A stretch of 64,000 nucleotides of DNA, taken from IMG/VR virus record IMGVR_UViG_3300042554_003148; one strand, written 5' to 3'. The notes below the pieces were generated by a model. It ran no database searches. It was not told the DNA's origin and saw only the letters and a program-made list of their open reading frames with translations. The position numbers and the translations under genes were made by a program. This DNA is from an uncultured virus (IMG/VR IMGVR_UViG_3300042554_003148) (lineage: Duplodnaviria > Heunggongvirae > Uroviricota > Caudoviricetes). Positions 10,038 to 20,500 of this stretch are shown here, piece by piece; within the stretch, counting starts at the first letter, position 1; every line of letters starts with the position of its first letter.

Positions 10038-10916
10038 CTAAGGTATGCTTGCTAAACAAATAGTATCGTTACTAACCCTGCCACCAAGAGTGATTTCTGC
10101 TATAGATGGAATATTATTTGGTTGATCGGCAAATAATAGTTCAAAATTTTTAATAGGTAATAAGATTTTAATTTTATTATTAATACCTAAATTATTGGGA
10201 ATAAATTTTACAATTGTTTTGTTGTTTGACGATAATGTCCAATTATTTGTTTCATCCAAAATTATGTAATTATTTTCATATTGTCTTCTCTCTAATTGAG
10301 ATGGACTAGCACAAAATGTTGCTGCTGTAAAGGTATAATTACCATCTATTTGTTCCTCAACTCCAAGATTGATTGATAATTCTATATCGGCAGATTCTGA
10401 GGACGCTATAAAATTCTTGATAGTAGCTGTTACTGTTTCTGGTATTCCTGGACCAGTAACTTTCATACCAACAAATAATGAATTAAAATTACTTCTATTA
10501 TTGAGCCTCAGAACAGAATGATTGTTTGATACTCCTTCTAGTGTATTTCCATTTAATATGGATCCTTCAAATGAGAACGACGTAGACGGAGAACATACTA
10601 CTAATAAATAATCTGTATATAATATACTATTAGAAACATCTCTAATATTAGTTTGAATAACAGTTTGAGTTTCAAAATTATGATTTGCTTTGATTGTTAA
10701 ATTAACTGTCGGTTTAAAGTTTTTATTTTTAGATATGGTATAACTAGGATTATCCGGTAAAAACTTAATAACTGGTGGAGATATTTTTGGTAAAGTTGTG
10801 GATACTTTAAAGTCTACTATATAAATATCTTTTTGTGGTAAATTAGGAGGCGTTGGAAAAGAGAGTAAAATACCTTTTTCACCGTCTTCGATAGAGTAAT
10901 TTACTGTATTAATCAT
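10038..10916 (-). CDS. Hypothetical beta-rich virion protein
   Basis: 292-aa ORF in the tail accessory cluster; contains LFVGMKVTGPGIP, a fibre/spike-like beta motif. Confidence 0.6.
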   Translation of the reverse strand: MINTVNYSIEDGEKGILLSFPTPPNLPQKDIYIVDFKVSTTLPKISPPVIKFLPDNPSYTISKNKNFKPTVNLTIKANHNFETQTVIQTNIRDVSNSILYTDYLLVVCSPSTSFSFEGSILNGNTLEGVSNNHSVLRLNNRSNFNSLFVGMKVTGPGIPETVTATIKNFIASSESADIELSINLGVEEQIDGNYTFTAATFCASPSQLERRQYENNYIILDETNNWTLSSNNKTIVKFIPNNLGINNKIKILLPIKNFELLFADQPNNIPSIAEITLGGRVSNDTICLASIP

Positions 10917-11455
10917 AGAGAAGCTTCAATACATTTAAAAGTTAAAATTTGTTCAGTTAACACACTATTATTACTATCTAGCACACTAAATTTAAAAATA
11001 CTAATATTATTATATGTTTCAGGGTTTACTGATATATTTAGTGGTATTGTTGCTTTTCTAAGAGTAATAGTATTATCATTTTGTGTTTCTTGATAATTCT
11101 CGTATTTGGGTTGGCCAATCGATACTAGATTTGTAGTAGAATTCTGTGTTAACTCTACAAAAGCATACGAATATTCAACTGCTCCACTTTTTAGATTAGT
11201 TACAACAGCTGATAGTAAATCTCCAGCACAACAAAAATTTTCTATATTAGATACTGCTTGATTTTTATAGCTAAATGCTATAACTGGCATCGGTTCAAAG
11301 CAAATTTTTTGACCGATCCACTCTATAATAGATCCATCAATAAGTTTAGAATATAATTTGCCTGTTTTGCTATTCATAACTAGTTCGCCAACCTCTAGTT
11401 GTTCTGGGCTTGGAAAACCATTACTACTTATATCTCTTTTAATTAAAAGCCTCAT
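10913..11455 (-). CDS. Hypothetical fibre-associated protein
   Basis: N-terminus IKR...P...QLEVGELVMNSKTGKLY resembles the N-terminal module of phage fibres. Start/stop overlaps with both neighbours. Confidence 0.6.
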   Translation of the reverse strand: MRLLIKRDISSNGFPSPEQLEVGELVMNSKTGKLYSKLIDGSIIEWIGQKICFEPMPVIAFSYKNQAVSNIENFCCAGDLLSAVVTNLKSGAVEYSYAFVELTQNSTTNLVSIGQPKYENYQETQNDNTITLRKATIPLNISVNPETYNNISIFKFSVLDSNNSVLTEQILTFKCIEASL

Positions 11456-13950
11456 AAGCTACAAACTCCTGTAAATAATATAACTCCGAAATCCCAATTA
11501 CTTAATACATCATTATTTTGTTCCTCTTCTTCAGGATCAACGGCATAAGCGGTTAATCCAGAAGCATAATAATATGAATATGTTCCCTGGCCACTACTAT
11601 TCCATGCGCTGATTCTATATAAATAGTCTTTAGTAGAATTCAAACCATATATTGTTTCAGAATTTATGGTTATAAAGTTATTATCTGATGGAGAATTATG
11701 ATAATACCAATTAATTCCATAGTCATCTGATTCTTCTATAATATAACCAGAAAATACACCAATCCCTAATTGAGCACTAGTATTCCAAGATAAAGAAATA
11801 GCAGAAATATCTCCATCGAAAACTCTTGTACCAGTTACTGATATAGGACTTGTTGGAACATTATTATTTGGGCTAAGTAATTGTGTAGCTTCAGAATATT
11901 CTCCAATACCAATGGAATTCTGTGCAGCTACTCTGAATAAAATATTACTGCCTGCTATTGTTTTAATTGTAGCAGAAGTCTGATCTGATAGTCCTCTGTG
12001 TAGATAAGCTGGGTTTTCATCTTCGTCATCCTGAGTATTTGTCCAAGTTTCTCCATTATTAAAAGAGAACTGAACAAGATAATTTACAATTTTGCTTCTG
12101 CCATCATCGACTGGGGCGTCCCATTGTAAAGAATATTCATTATTGCCAAGACCAGCATTATTATGACCAATTGCTCCTCTAATATTAGTTGGAGCATCTG
12201 GTTCTGTTGGATTAATTCTAGGTGTTCGAGATATAATTTTACCATTATAATCAACTGTTAATAAGGCATTTGCAATATATTTACTTGTTCCGTCTAAAGA
12301 CGGTTTCGGTCTAAGATACACATCCTCTGCTACTAATGCGGTAGAATAGGTATTCCCGCTCACAGTTAAATCGGCATATGTAGATAATAATCCTTCTCCA
12401 CTAACTATACTGGCTAATGAAAAAGCATTACTTGTATTAATACACACTTTACCAATTTCGTCGTAACTAAATCCGGATGGTATGGTTTTTTCTCTATCTA
12501 GATATCTATCAAAAAACACTCCTGTTGGAGATCCAGATACAGCATTAGGAATATGTGCATCTACTCTAAATGTTGGAATTAATCCTTGTGGAATAAAATT
12601 CTGGTTTAATTTATAGACACTATCATTATAATTATTATATGGAATATTATTTTTAGAATAAATGAGAAAATCTATATTTTCACCAAGCATATTAAAACCA
12701 GTATGTATGTCTGGTCTAATACTAATATTATTTAATGTTGATGGTTTAAAAGTTAATTCTGTTGTAACTTCTTGTCCTAAGTTATTTGTGTATGTAACAT
12801 TATCTGTGGCGAGTGGTTCCATCTGCATAGCCAAATAACCACCTTTTGTGACAGAAAAAATGAATACATTAGTATCTACAGCGGCCCCAGTGCCGTCTAA
12901 TCCTATTGGTGGATCTCCAGGATGCTCTGGAGCTATTTCTAGTTCGAAACAATCTACTGGCTCATTGTCAACATTACCATTTTCATCGGCTGCTGGAGGA
13001 TTTGGATCAGTTATCGAAACTTCTGTTCGTATACTATCTTCAAAAATATATTCTCTATCAATATCTAATTGAGCTGGTTCTTTAGCAACATAAGCCATTT
13101 TAGCATAGCCGACGATAACTTCGCCAAAAGCATTTTCTATACACAACGTATCCGAACCAGTACCTAGTTCCTTAACTATTTGTTCTAGCCCAGGCTGTCC
13201 TGGTACTATAGCAGCATAAGGCGACCACCAACGGTCTTCCGTATAAATATAAAGTCTATTATTTCTTAGTAACGCAGGGCGTTTTGGATATCTTATCCAG
13301 CTCACACCGACTCTCTCTAATCCACTCAAATGTACATCAGGATCATAATTTTCTCTTAAATATGTAGCTGGTTGCCATTTGGCTACTTCTCCTGATCCAT
13401 CATGTGTTAATATAAATCCTTTATATGAATCAAGATCATTATTAGGCCCTAAGCTTATACCCATATCGGCTTCAATGACTTTATTAATTTCTACTTTTTG
13501 ATTAGTAAAAGATATACCGGGATAAGTATTTATTTGTTTCTCTTCATTATTCATTACATACAAAGGAGATGATGGTGTGCCAGATGGAAAGCATATTGGT
13601 CCACCAGTAGCAGAAACAAAATATGAGGTAGCAGCGGCATTCGAGTCATTTAATTTGTAGATTAATCCGCTACTCTGTCCACTATACAATGGAATAGGCT
13701 GTCCACTCAAGTTAATTCTACCAAAGTTTTCGGCAACTATCGTTTGTGCTCGTAGTCCGCTAGCATCTACAAATGAGGGACTAATCAATTTGATACCACT
13801 ATTAGCAGCTAGATACATACTACCACTAGCTGCTAAACTAACTTGATTACTACTTAAAACATTAAAATATATTCCGTCTATTTTATTATTGCCGGTTTTA
13901 ATAGCAACACCCGGCCAATTGCGTGGATTTAGTATATTATACCATAACAT
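11452..13950 (-). CDS. Virion protein with two C-terminal fibronectin type III domains
   Basis: PDAPTN...LQWDAP.DDG...Y.VQ...FRVAAQNSIGIGEYS and LSWN...Y.IE...YRISAWNSSGQGTYS. Confidence 0.75.
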   Translation of the reverse strand: MLWYNILNPRNWPGVAIKTGNNKIDGIYFNVLSSNQVSLAASGSMYLAANSGIKLISPSFVDASGLRAQTIVAENFGRINLSGQPIPLYSGQSSGLIYKLNDSNAAATSYFVSATGGPICFPSGTPSSPLYVMNNEEKQINTYPGISFTNQKVEINKVIEADMGISLGPNNDLDSYKGFILTHDGSGEVAKWQPATYLRENYDPDVHLSGLERVGVSWIRYPKRPALLRNNRLYIYTEDRWWSPYAAIVPGQPGLEQIVKELGTGSDTLCIENAFGEVIVGYAKMAYVAKEPAQLDIDREYIFEDSIRTEVSITDPNPPAADENGNVDNEPVDCFELEIAPEHPGDPPIGLDGTGAAVDTNVFIFSVTKGGYLAMQMEPLATDNVTYTNNLGQEVTTELTFKPSTLNNISIRPDIHTGFNMLGENIDFLIYSKNNIPYNNYNDSVYKLNQNFIPQGLIPTFRVDAHIPNAVSGSPTGVFFDRYLDREKTIPSGFSYDEIGKVCINTSNAFSLASIVSGEGLLSTYADLTVSGNTYSTALVAEDVYLRPKPSLDGTSKYIANALLTVDYNGKIISRTPRINPTEPDAPTNIRGAIGHNNAGLGNNEYSLQWDAPVDDGRSKIVNYLVQFSFNNGETWTNTQDDEDENPAYLHRGLSDQTSATIKTIAGSNILFRVAAQNSIGIGEYSEATQLLSPNNNVPTSPISVTGTRVFDGDISAISLSWNTSAQLGIGVFSGYIIEESDDYGINWYYHNSPSDNNFITINSETIYGLNSTKDYLYRISAWNSSGQGTYSYYYASGLTAYAVDPEEEEQNNDVLSNWDFGVILFTGVCSL

Positions 13951-13962
13951 CTTGATAATTTC

Positions 13963-16900
13963 CTATGAATAAAAATATGGACCCCTTGCTCTTCCAATTT
14001 CGCCGCACCAGAATGGTAAATTATTAGTATCAATTAATTCTTCACTATCGCAGGACAAATCTATCATATCTTCTGTACCATCAGGAATTAATGGTGGAGA
14101 AGTTTCTCCGTATACGCCGTCCAATCTCGGAACAGAAGTTTTATTACCCCAAAACGTAGTATTTGCTGTTCCATCTTTTTGTCTTGGCAAAGGAGGTGGA
14201 ACATTTGGTAATGGAGCAGTCGGCCCAGTCGTCTGAGTTGTTCCAGCGTCTTCATCATCCGGATCTGGTGGTATAACAGGATCCCATCCGATATCTGTTA
14301 ATCTAGACTTAACAGTACCATCTTTTACAAATATCTTATCAACAACCAACCATCCACTGATCGTCACATCTCCATATAAAGTTCTTGGTGTCAAAGAATT
14401 TGTTCCGACATCTTCGCTTGCAATTAGATACGGCTCATCTGTATTAACAGTAACGACTGGATATCCTGTAGTAACAACATTATTAAAATTTTGAAAATAT
14501 GCTGCTTTATGCCATTGATGAATATCTGGTAAAAAGTATTTTCTAGTATTATTAGTCAGTATTCTATAACTATTACTACCTACTGGCAATATGGTATATG
14601 CTCCGTCATTCAGTATCTCAGCAGTAGATTGAGATGATGTTAGTCCTGTCGGAGCGCCATTATGAAGCCAGTTCATATATTTTAATGAATTAATATAACT
14701 AACAAAAGTTACTGGCTTATTACCCATATTTGATTTAATAGAATATGAATTATTAATACCATTGGTGCTGAATATGATACCACCTTCTGGTTGGTTTGTC
14801 ATATCAGAAATATACAGACCGCTACTAAATGGATCATTGCCGGTGGCAACAGCATTTAGAAAAATATTATATTGAGCATTTGTGACTTCATATTTACCTA
14901 TTCTATAATTTTTATTAACTTTACCCAAATTATCAATAGGTACTAACGAATATGAATTTCCATTTCTAAGATAAAGATTTCCGGTATCAGGTATATTGTC
15001 TCCATCTGTTACAATAACAAATTGAAGACCTAATATGGAACTTATAATATTATTATCTGTTTGTCCTTCGGTGCTTGCGACTCTAAATCCGATATGATCA
15101 TGTCCACTATTAGCTGTTGCATATTCTATACTTTTTAGATATACTGATGGATCGTTTCCAATTGCTGAGATTGTTTCAAAAGAGCCACCAGCGGCCATCT
15201 GGCTACTAGCGGTATATTCTTTTACTGCCGGATCTATCCATTCTGCGACGTTTCCATTTTGATCATAAGTACCGTAATAACTATCTACTCCATTAGTGCC
15301 AACAGAAGAAACTATACCACTAAATAAATTATCAGTAGCATTATAGTTAAAATTAGCAGTGCTGAATGAACTGTTTATTCCACTGCCACCTGTATTTATA
15401 AGAATAGCAGCAATATCGTTAGCATTAGTAGCATAGGGTGTATAGATACCGGAAAATCTTTCTACAGAACCTATATTGGCGTAGACTTTAAGCGCTGGGC
15501 TAGGATCATTACCATAGATAGCAAAATTAATATCTTTTCTACCAGTATTAAATTCTGTGTCAACTAATGGTCTTATACTCAAAACATTAGAGCTTGAATC
15601 AGGGATTACTCCAACAACACTCTTTTGCATTGTTAAGTAACCAGCGCGAGTGATGGATACTACAGATACGGCGTTAATCGTTGTTGTTGTAACATTTTGA
15701 TCTAATAATAATTCTATTATAAAACCATCGTCAAATACTATATCTGTAACTATTCTATAAACTGTCGCTGTTCCTGTTACTATTTCTACTTGATCTCCAA
15801 CAGCGAATTCATCAACTGGAACATCAGCATCAAATATAATTTGTTTTAAACATATGCTGCCTGTTCTGGCATTAAACTTTGTCCAAATAATATCTTGTTC
15901 GGTAAGAAAATAATCATTAATATCGTATAGGCCTTGAATATATCCATTAGATGATGTGGTAAGAATTTTATTAGAGCCAACATTACTAATATTAATACTA
16001 TTTCCACTAACAGATATTCCACTTGCGGCTAATATACGACCACTTGTTGAAACACTAAGTAAGCTGCCTGTTGCTAAATTATCTAAAAATAAATTAGTAG
16101 GATAAAGATTTGTAATAGCTAATGAGCCTTGTGAAGATATTGAGCCAGAGCCAAGTGATAATGTATTAAAACTCGCAGTAATGTTACGGTTGGCATTTGT
16201 AAATGTAAGAGATGTATTATTTTGTGTACCAATGGATAATGAGTTCAATGTTGAAGCATTAAATGATGATCCAGAGATAGTTACCGAGCCATTACTATTT
16301 AGATTTATTCTTTGTTGATTATTATATCCTATATTAATATTGTTTAATGATCCTGATATTAAACTTTGTTGATTATTACCAGAACTAACGCTAAGAACTA
16401 ATCCGCCATAACCATCTGTAGTGTTAGATGCTATACTATATAATTGAGCATAGTCTTTTTGATTATTATTAGAGTCTTTACCAGCTAAATTAACTATTGA
16501 GCAAACATCTCCATTATTCAAACCTGATGGTTTATGATATACTGTGAGTTTTGCAGGTTGGCATGTGGTCCTATTTTCTAATCTTAGTATCTCACTACAA
16601 CTATAATTAACAACATGAAAAATAGTTTGTGGTCTTGATCCTGATGGAATATTAATTCCTACTCTACCATCATAACTAAAGAATAGATTACGATAGTTTT
16701 GACCACTACCATAAATTATAAAATCGCTACTTTTTAGATCTTGATTAAATATTGTATTAGCATTACCAGATGTTGGGATAATTGAATGAGCTAATGATTC
16801 GGAACTTGATCCTAGCAATAGCTTATTGGTGTTTCCGGAACTCCAGTATAGTCGTGATCCTAGTAATCCATTTGAGCCATCATTATATTGAAAAGAATAA

Positions 16901-17553
16901 ATATCTCCTCCTGGATTGGCTTGAGCAGAAAAATTATCCTCGTATGATAGTGCTGAAGAATATTTGTCGTTCTGGTTTAAACTATACCAAGTTTGTCCAT
17001 CGCAAACCAGCCTGATTGGGTTTTGAACAGATGAGAATATTGAGCCATTATGGTCTCTAATAATAACGGAATGACCATCCGATAAGGGTTTAATATCCAC
17101 AACTAAATTTCTACATGTTTTCGGATCCGGCAAAGAGCAGTCTATATTTTGAATAGTATTATCTACTATATAAATACTAGTAACAGAGTCTATACTAAAA
17201 TGATTATTTTTTAGAACAACATTATGAAAATTAGTATTAAAATTAGAACTATTTACAAATAGATAAAACTCATTATTGGAACCAGAGAATGCTTCTTTAT
17301 TATTGTTTTTAGATGAATTAGATATTTCTATTCTTTTAATAACTATATTTCCATCTAATAATTGTACTTCTCCAACCCCTATTTCCCATTTATAGTTATC
17401 CTTAATGTTTCTAACAAGATAAGGAATATAGTATCCAATGCTACTATTATCTAATGTTTGATATCCATTAATAGATTTATTAGGTACAAAATAATCATTA
17501 TTAATTGAGCAATAAAAACCTATATTATTAAATATTTTAGTAGTTTTATTCAT
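13963..17553 (-). CDS. Large tail/fibre protein with a circularly permuted FGE-sulfatase (SUMF1-like) domain
   Basis: Follows the TMP. WEIGVG N-terminus. YGTYDQNGNVAEW...GGSF...IGFRVAS precedes YRIGKYEVTNAQY...NWLHNG...WHKAAYF. Confidence 0.75.
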   Translation of the reverse strand: MNKTTKIFNNIGFYCSINNDYFVPNKSINGYQTLDNSSIGYYIPYLVRNIKDNYKWEIGVGEVQLLDGNIVIKRIEISNSSKNNNKEAFSGSNNEFYLFVNSSNFNTNFHNVVLKNNHFSIDSVTSIYIVDNTIQNIDCSLPDPKTCRNLVVDIKPLSDGHSVIIRDHNGSIFSSVQNPIRLVCDGQTWYSLNQNDKYSSALSYEDNFSAQANPGGDIYSFQYNDGSNGLLGSRLYWSSGNTNKLLLGSSSESLAHSIIPTSGNANTIFNQDLKSSDFIIYGSGQNYRNLFFSYDGRVGINIPSGSRPQTIFHVVNYSCSEILRLENRTTCQPAKLTVYHKPSGLNNGDVCSIVNLAGKDSNNNQKDYAQLYSIASNTTDGYGGLVLSVSSGNNQQSLISGSLNNINIGYNNQQRINLNSNGSVTISGSSFNASTLNSLSIGTQNNTSLTFTNANRNITASFNTLSLGSGSISSQGSLAITNLYPTNLFLDNLATGSLLSVSTSGRILAASGISVSGNSINISNVGSNKILTTSSNGYIQGLYDINDYFLTEQDIIWTKFNARTGSICLKQIIFDADVPVDEFAVGDQVEIVTGTATVYRIVTDIVFDDGFIIELLLDQNVTTTTINAVSVVSITRAGYLTMQKSVVGVIPDSSSNVLSIRPLVDTEFNTGRKDINFAIYGNDPSPALKVYANIGSVERFSGIYTPYATNANDIAAILINTGGSGINSSFSTANFNYNATDNLFSGIVSSVGTNGVDSYYGTYDQNGNVAEWIDPAVKEYTASSQMAAGGSFETISAIGNDPSVYLKSIEYATANSGHDHIGFRVASTEGQTDNNIISSILGLQFVIVTDGDNIPDTGNLYLRNGNSYSLVPIDNLGKVNKNYRIGKYEVTNAQYNIFLNAVATGNDPFSSGLYISDMTNQPEGGIIFSTNGINNSYSIKSNMGNKPVTFVSYINSLKYMNWLHNGAPTGLTSSQSTAEILNDGAYTILPVGSNSYRILTNNTRKYFLPDIHQWHKAAYFQNFNNVVTTGYPVVTVNTDEPYLIASEDVGTNSLTPRTLYGDVTISGWLVVDKIFVKDGTVKSRLTDIGWDPVIPPDPDDEDAGTTQTTGPTAPLPNVPPPLPRQKDGTANTTFWGNKTSVPRLDGVYGETSPPLIPDGTEDMIDLSCDSEELIDTNNLPFWCGEIGRARGPYFYS

Positions 17554-17554
17554 A

Positions 17555-20500
17555 TTATGTTAATGATCTAGGATCAATATCTATATTAAAATTAATAGTA
17601 TTATTTTCTGGATTTTTGGCTTTTAGGTCTCTAAACGCCCCCTTAATTGCTGATACCACAATTCCTGCTATATCTGGTCGTAATTGATTCAAAACCGTGT
17701 CTCCGTTGATGGTTACAACAACATCATGTTTTCCGGTAATAGTAATTTGTGGAGGAATATAAATATTACTAAGTATATTAGCAATATTATTTAATCTATT
17801 AACAAAGTTATCAATACTAGCAATATCGCCGCTAGTATTAGATACACCACCAGCAGCATTGTTTGGTTGTTTTAGATTGGACAATGCTTTGTCGAATGCT
17901 TCTGTGATACTACTTGTTATGGATCCGACTAGACCATTAAGATATTTTGTAAAATCGAATGATTGAGCATTTCCCATCATACCACCTAAGAATTTATATT
18001 GTGGTATGTACCCACCTTTATTTAGATAGTTAACTATTCCACCTCTAGCATAATTTCCGCTATTTATTGCTTCTAATACTGGTTTATATTTTTGAGTTGA
18101 TTGTCTATTAATAACAAATTCGCCAGGCGTTAACATAGCCGGAACAGTATCTGTGCCTTTTGGAGCAAAATTAACAAAGGAGCCACCGCTAGCATATAAT
18201 GGAACAGGACCTCCCTTAGCAAGTTTCATAGAAATTCCTTCTGGTAATCCTGCTTGTTTTGCTTCTTCTTTAATCTCTTCTTCTTTTTCTTTGATTCTAG
18301 CTTCTAATAATGTAATCAGTCTCGACGATGTTGGCAAAGCGCCATAAATATTACCAGTTAATAATAAGTGTGCTTCTGTTGCTTTTTTCTGTAGATTATC
18401 TATATCTGTGGCTCGTACCGCATCGGTTCTTAAAGATTTTATATTATTTTCAATTTTATCTACAGATAATCCTTTATATAATAGAGAATCTTGAACATTA
18501 TACCACTCTCTTAGTTGATTCAAAGCGTCTATGAAGCTAGTATCATATAATTTTCTTCCTTTTTTATCGGTAGCTTTTGTATAATATTCTTTTAGTATAT
18601 CAATTATATTTAATCTAGTCTTGGGTCCAGAAAATAGATTTTCAGGCGTTAATGCCATTTTATGAACATCTTGCCATGTTGTGGCTCCAGCATATTCTGG
18701 TTGTTTTCCTTTTGGATTTGTTCCGCTCTTTAGGCCAGTCTTAGGATCAACATCGTGTAGTATCGCGCCTTCTGCTAGATCAGTAATTTGATCAGATACT
18801 CCAATATCCACATCTCCTCCAGCAAAAGCTTTAGATCGTATTAAGGCAATTTCTCTATTTATAGCAGTAAGTACTGTTTCTTGGGTTATTGGTGGCGTTT
18901 TACGAAAATATAATGTTTTATCAAGACCTCCTTGATTAACTGTTACTGGATCCCCATATAATTTTCTATCTACTGGGATACCTAAGTTTTTCAAATATTC
19001 AGCACTTTGTGCAGGATTAGCTGGCTTATATAAGTCTACATATAATGATCTCCATGCATCTATAATAGCTCTTCTAGGAGATGTTACGTCGTTAATGTTG
19101 GTAGCTTCTTGTGCTAATTTTCCGGCTATCATACCAACTTGACTAATTTTATCTGGTGGGGTAGCTGATATTTTTATTCCTGTTCCATCAGCTAAATTTT
19201 GTGATAATACTGGTTGAATAGCACGGGCTATTGATAATCTGATTGGTTCACTAAACTTAGCTTCATCGCTAGTTACTTTTTCTCTTTGTACTGTTGCTGC
19301 TTTAGTTTTAGCGATTAATGTCCTAGCATTCTTTATATCTTCTTCTCGCTTCTTTTTGTAATTTTCTGCAAAAAAGTTTTCGACAGGAATTATATTCTTT
19401 CTACCATTAGTAGATGTTATTACGCTAGCTTTTTCTGAATCCTGTAAGCTCATTTTATATGTATCTGGTATATCAGTAAATAAACTAGAATCAATCAAAC
19501 CTATATTTTCACCATTAAGATTATATTTAAATGGTTCTCCTGGAGGAGCAGTCTCTTGACCTGTTAATACGTCATATATTGGAGTATTATTCTTTAAATT
19601 TCCTAATAAAACATCTATAGAATCAGCATATAAAGATTTATTATTAGTTGATAATAATTCTGCTAATGGAAATTTAGATTTTGGATCTTGTGGTTTAACT
19701 ATAATATAATTTAAAGGATCTCCAACAAAAGCCTTACTAATCGTATCATATAGTTTGCCATTGATTTGATCATATGTGAAATTAAATGGAGCAGTATCAT
19801 ATACTGATGGGGTTGTGGTAATCAATTTAACAAGTCCATCTTTACCTCCAATACCAAAAGCTGTCTGAGAACCACTAAAAATTTCTTCTCTAGCCCCTTG
19901 TATAGTATTGAATGCATTAGAAATCCATGGTAATTTTCTTGGATTTTTAGCGGCACCTGTGATCCTATCTTTCTGACTAATTTCTATAAAATCATTTTCA
20001 GATAGAGCAAATTTATTAGCATCATCAATATTCTTATATGCACCATTTTTTATAATATCATTTTGTTGTAAAATATTTTTCCATTGATCTTTTGGTATAT
20101 TATATAATGTTATTGGAAATTCTATTCCTCCTTTATCGAATGGTTGACCGAGATTAAAACTAGCCCTAAAAGTATTTCTATTATATAAAGCTTCTAAATC
20201 AGCTAAATATTTTTTAATATTTAATGATGATTGTGACTCAACAAAATCTTTTTCTTTTTTCATATTATCTATAGCATTTTCGATAGCATTATAAATTGTA
20301 TCATTCTTAACAATATCCGTATTTAAATATGATAACTGAGACTCTACGTCATTGTATGGAATATGCCAATCAGATGCTGTTTGGGCATATTGCTTTAATC
20401 CTCCAGCTCCGCCACCACGAAAACTACCTATGCTTCTAAAATTATCTATACCGGCTACAACTTGTGTCATACCACTTAATGCAGATTGTCTAAAACTAAG

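Noticed and set aside
1900..15370. Diversity-generating retroelement targeting the FGE domains (Mtd-N-like domains also present)
   Set aside because: No reverse transcriptase and no near-identical TR/VR pair differing only at adenines were seen in this window. It cannot be excluded elsewhere in the genome.
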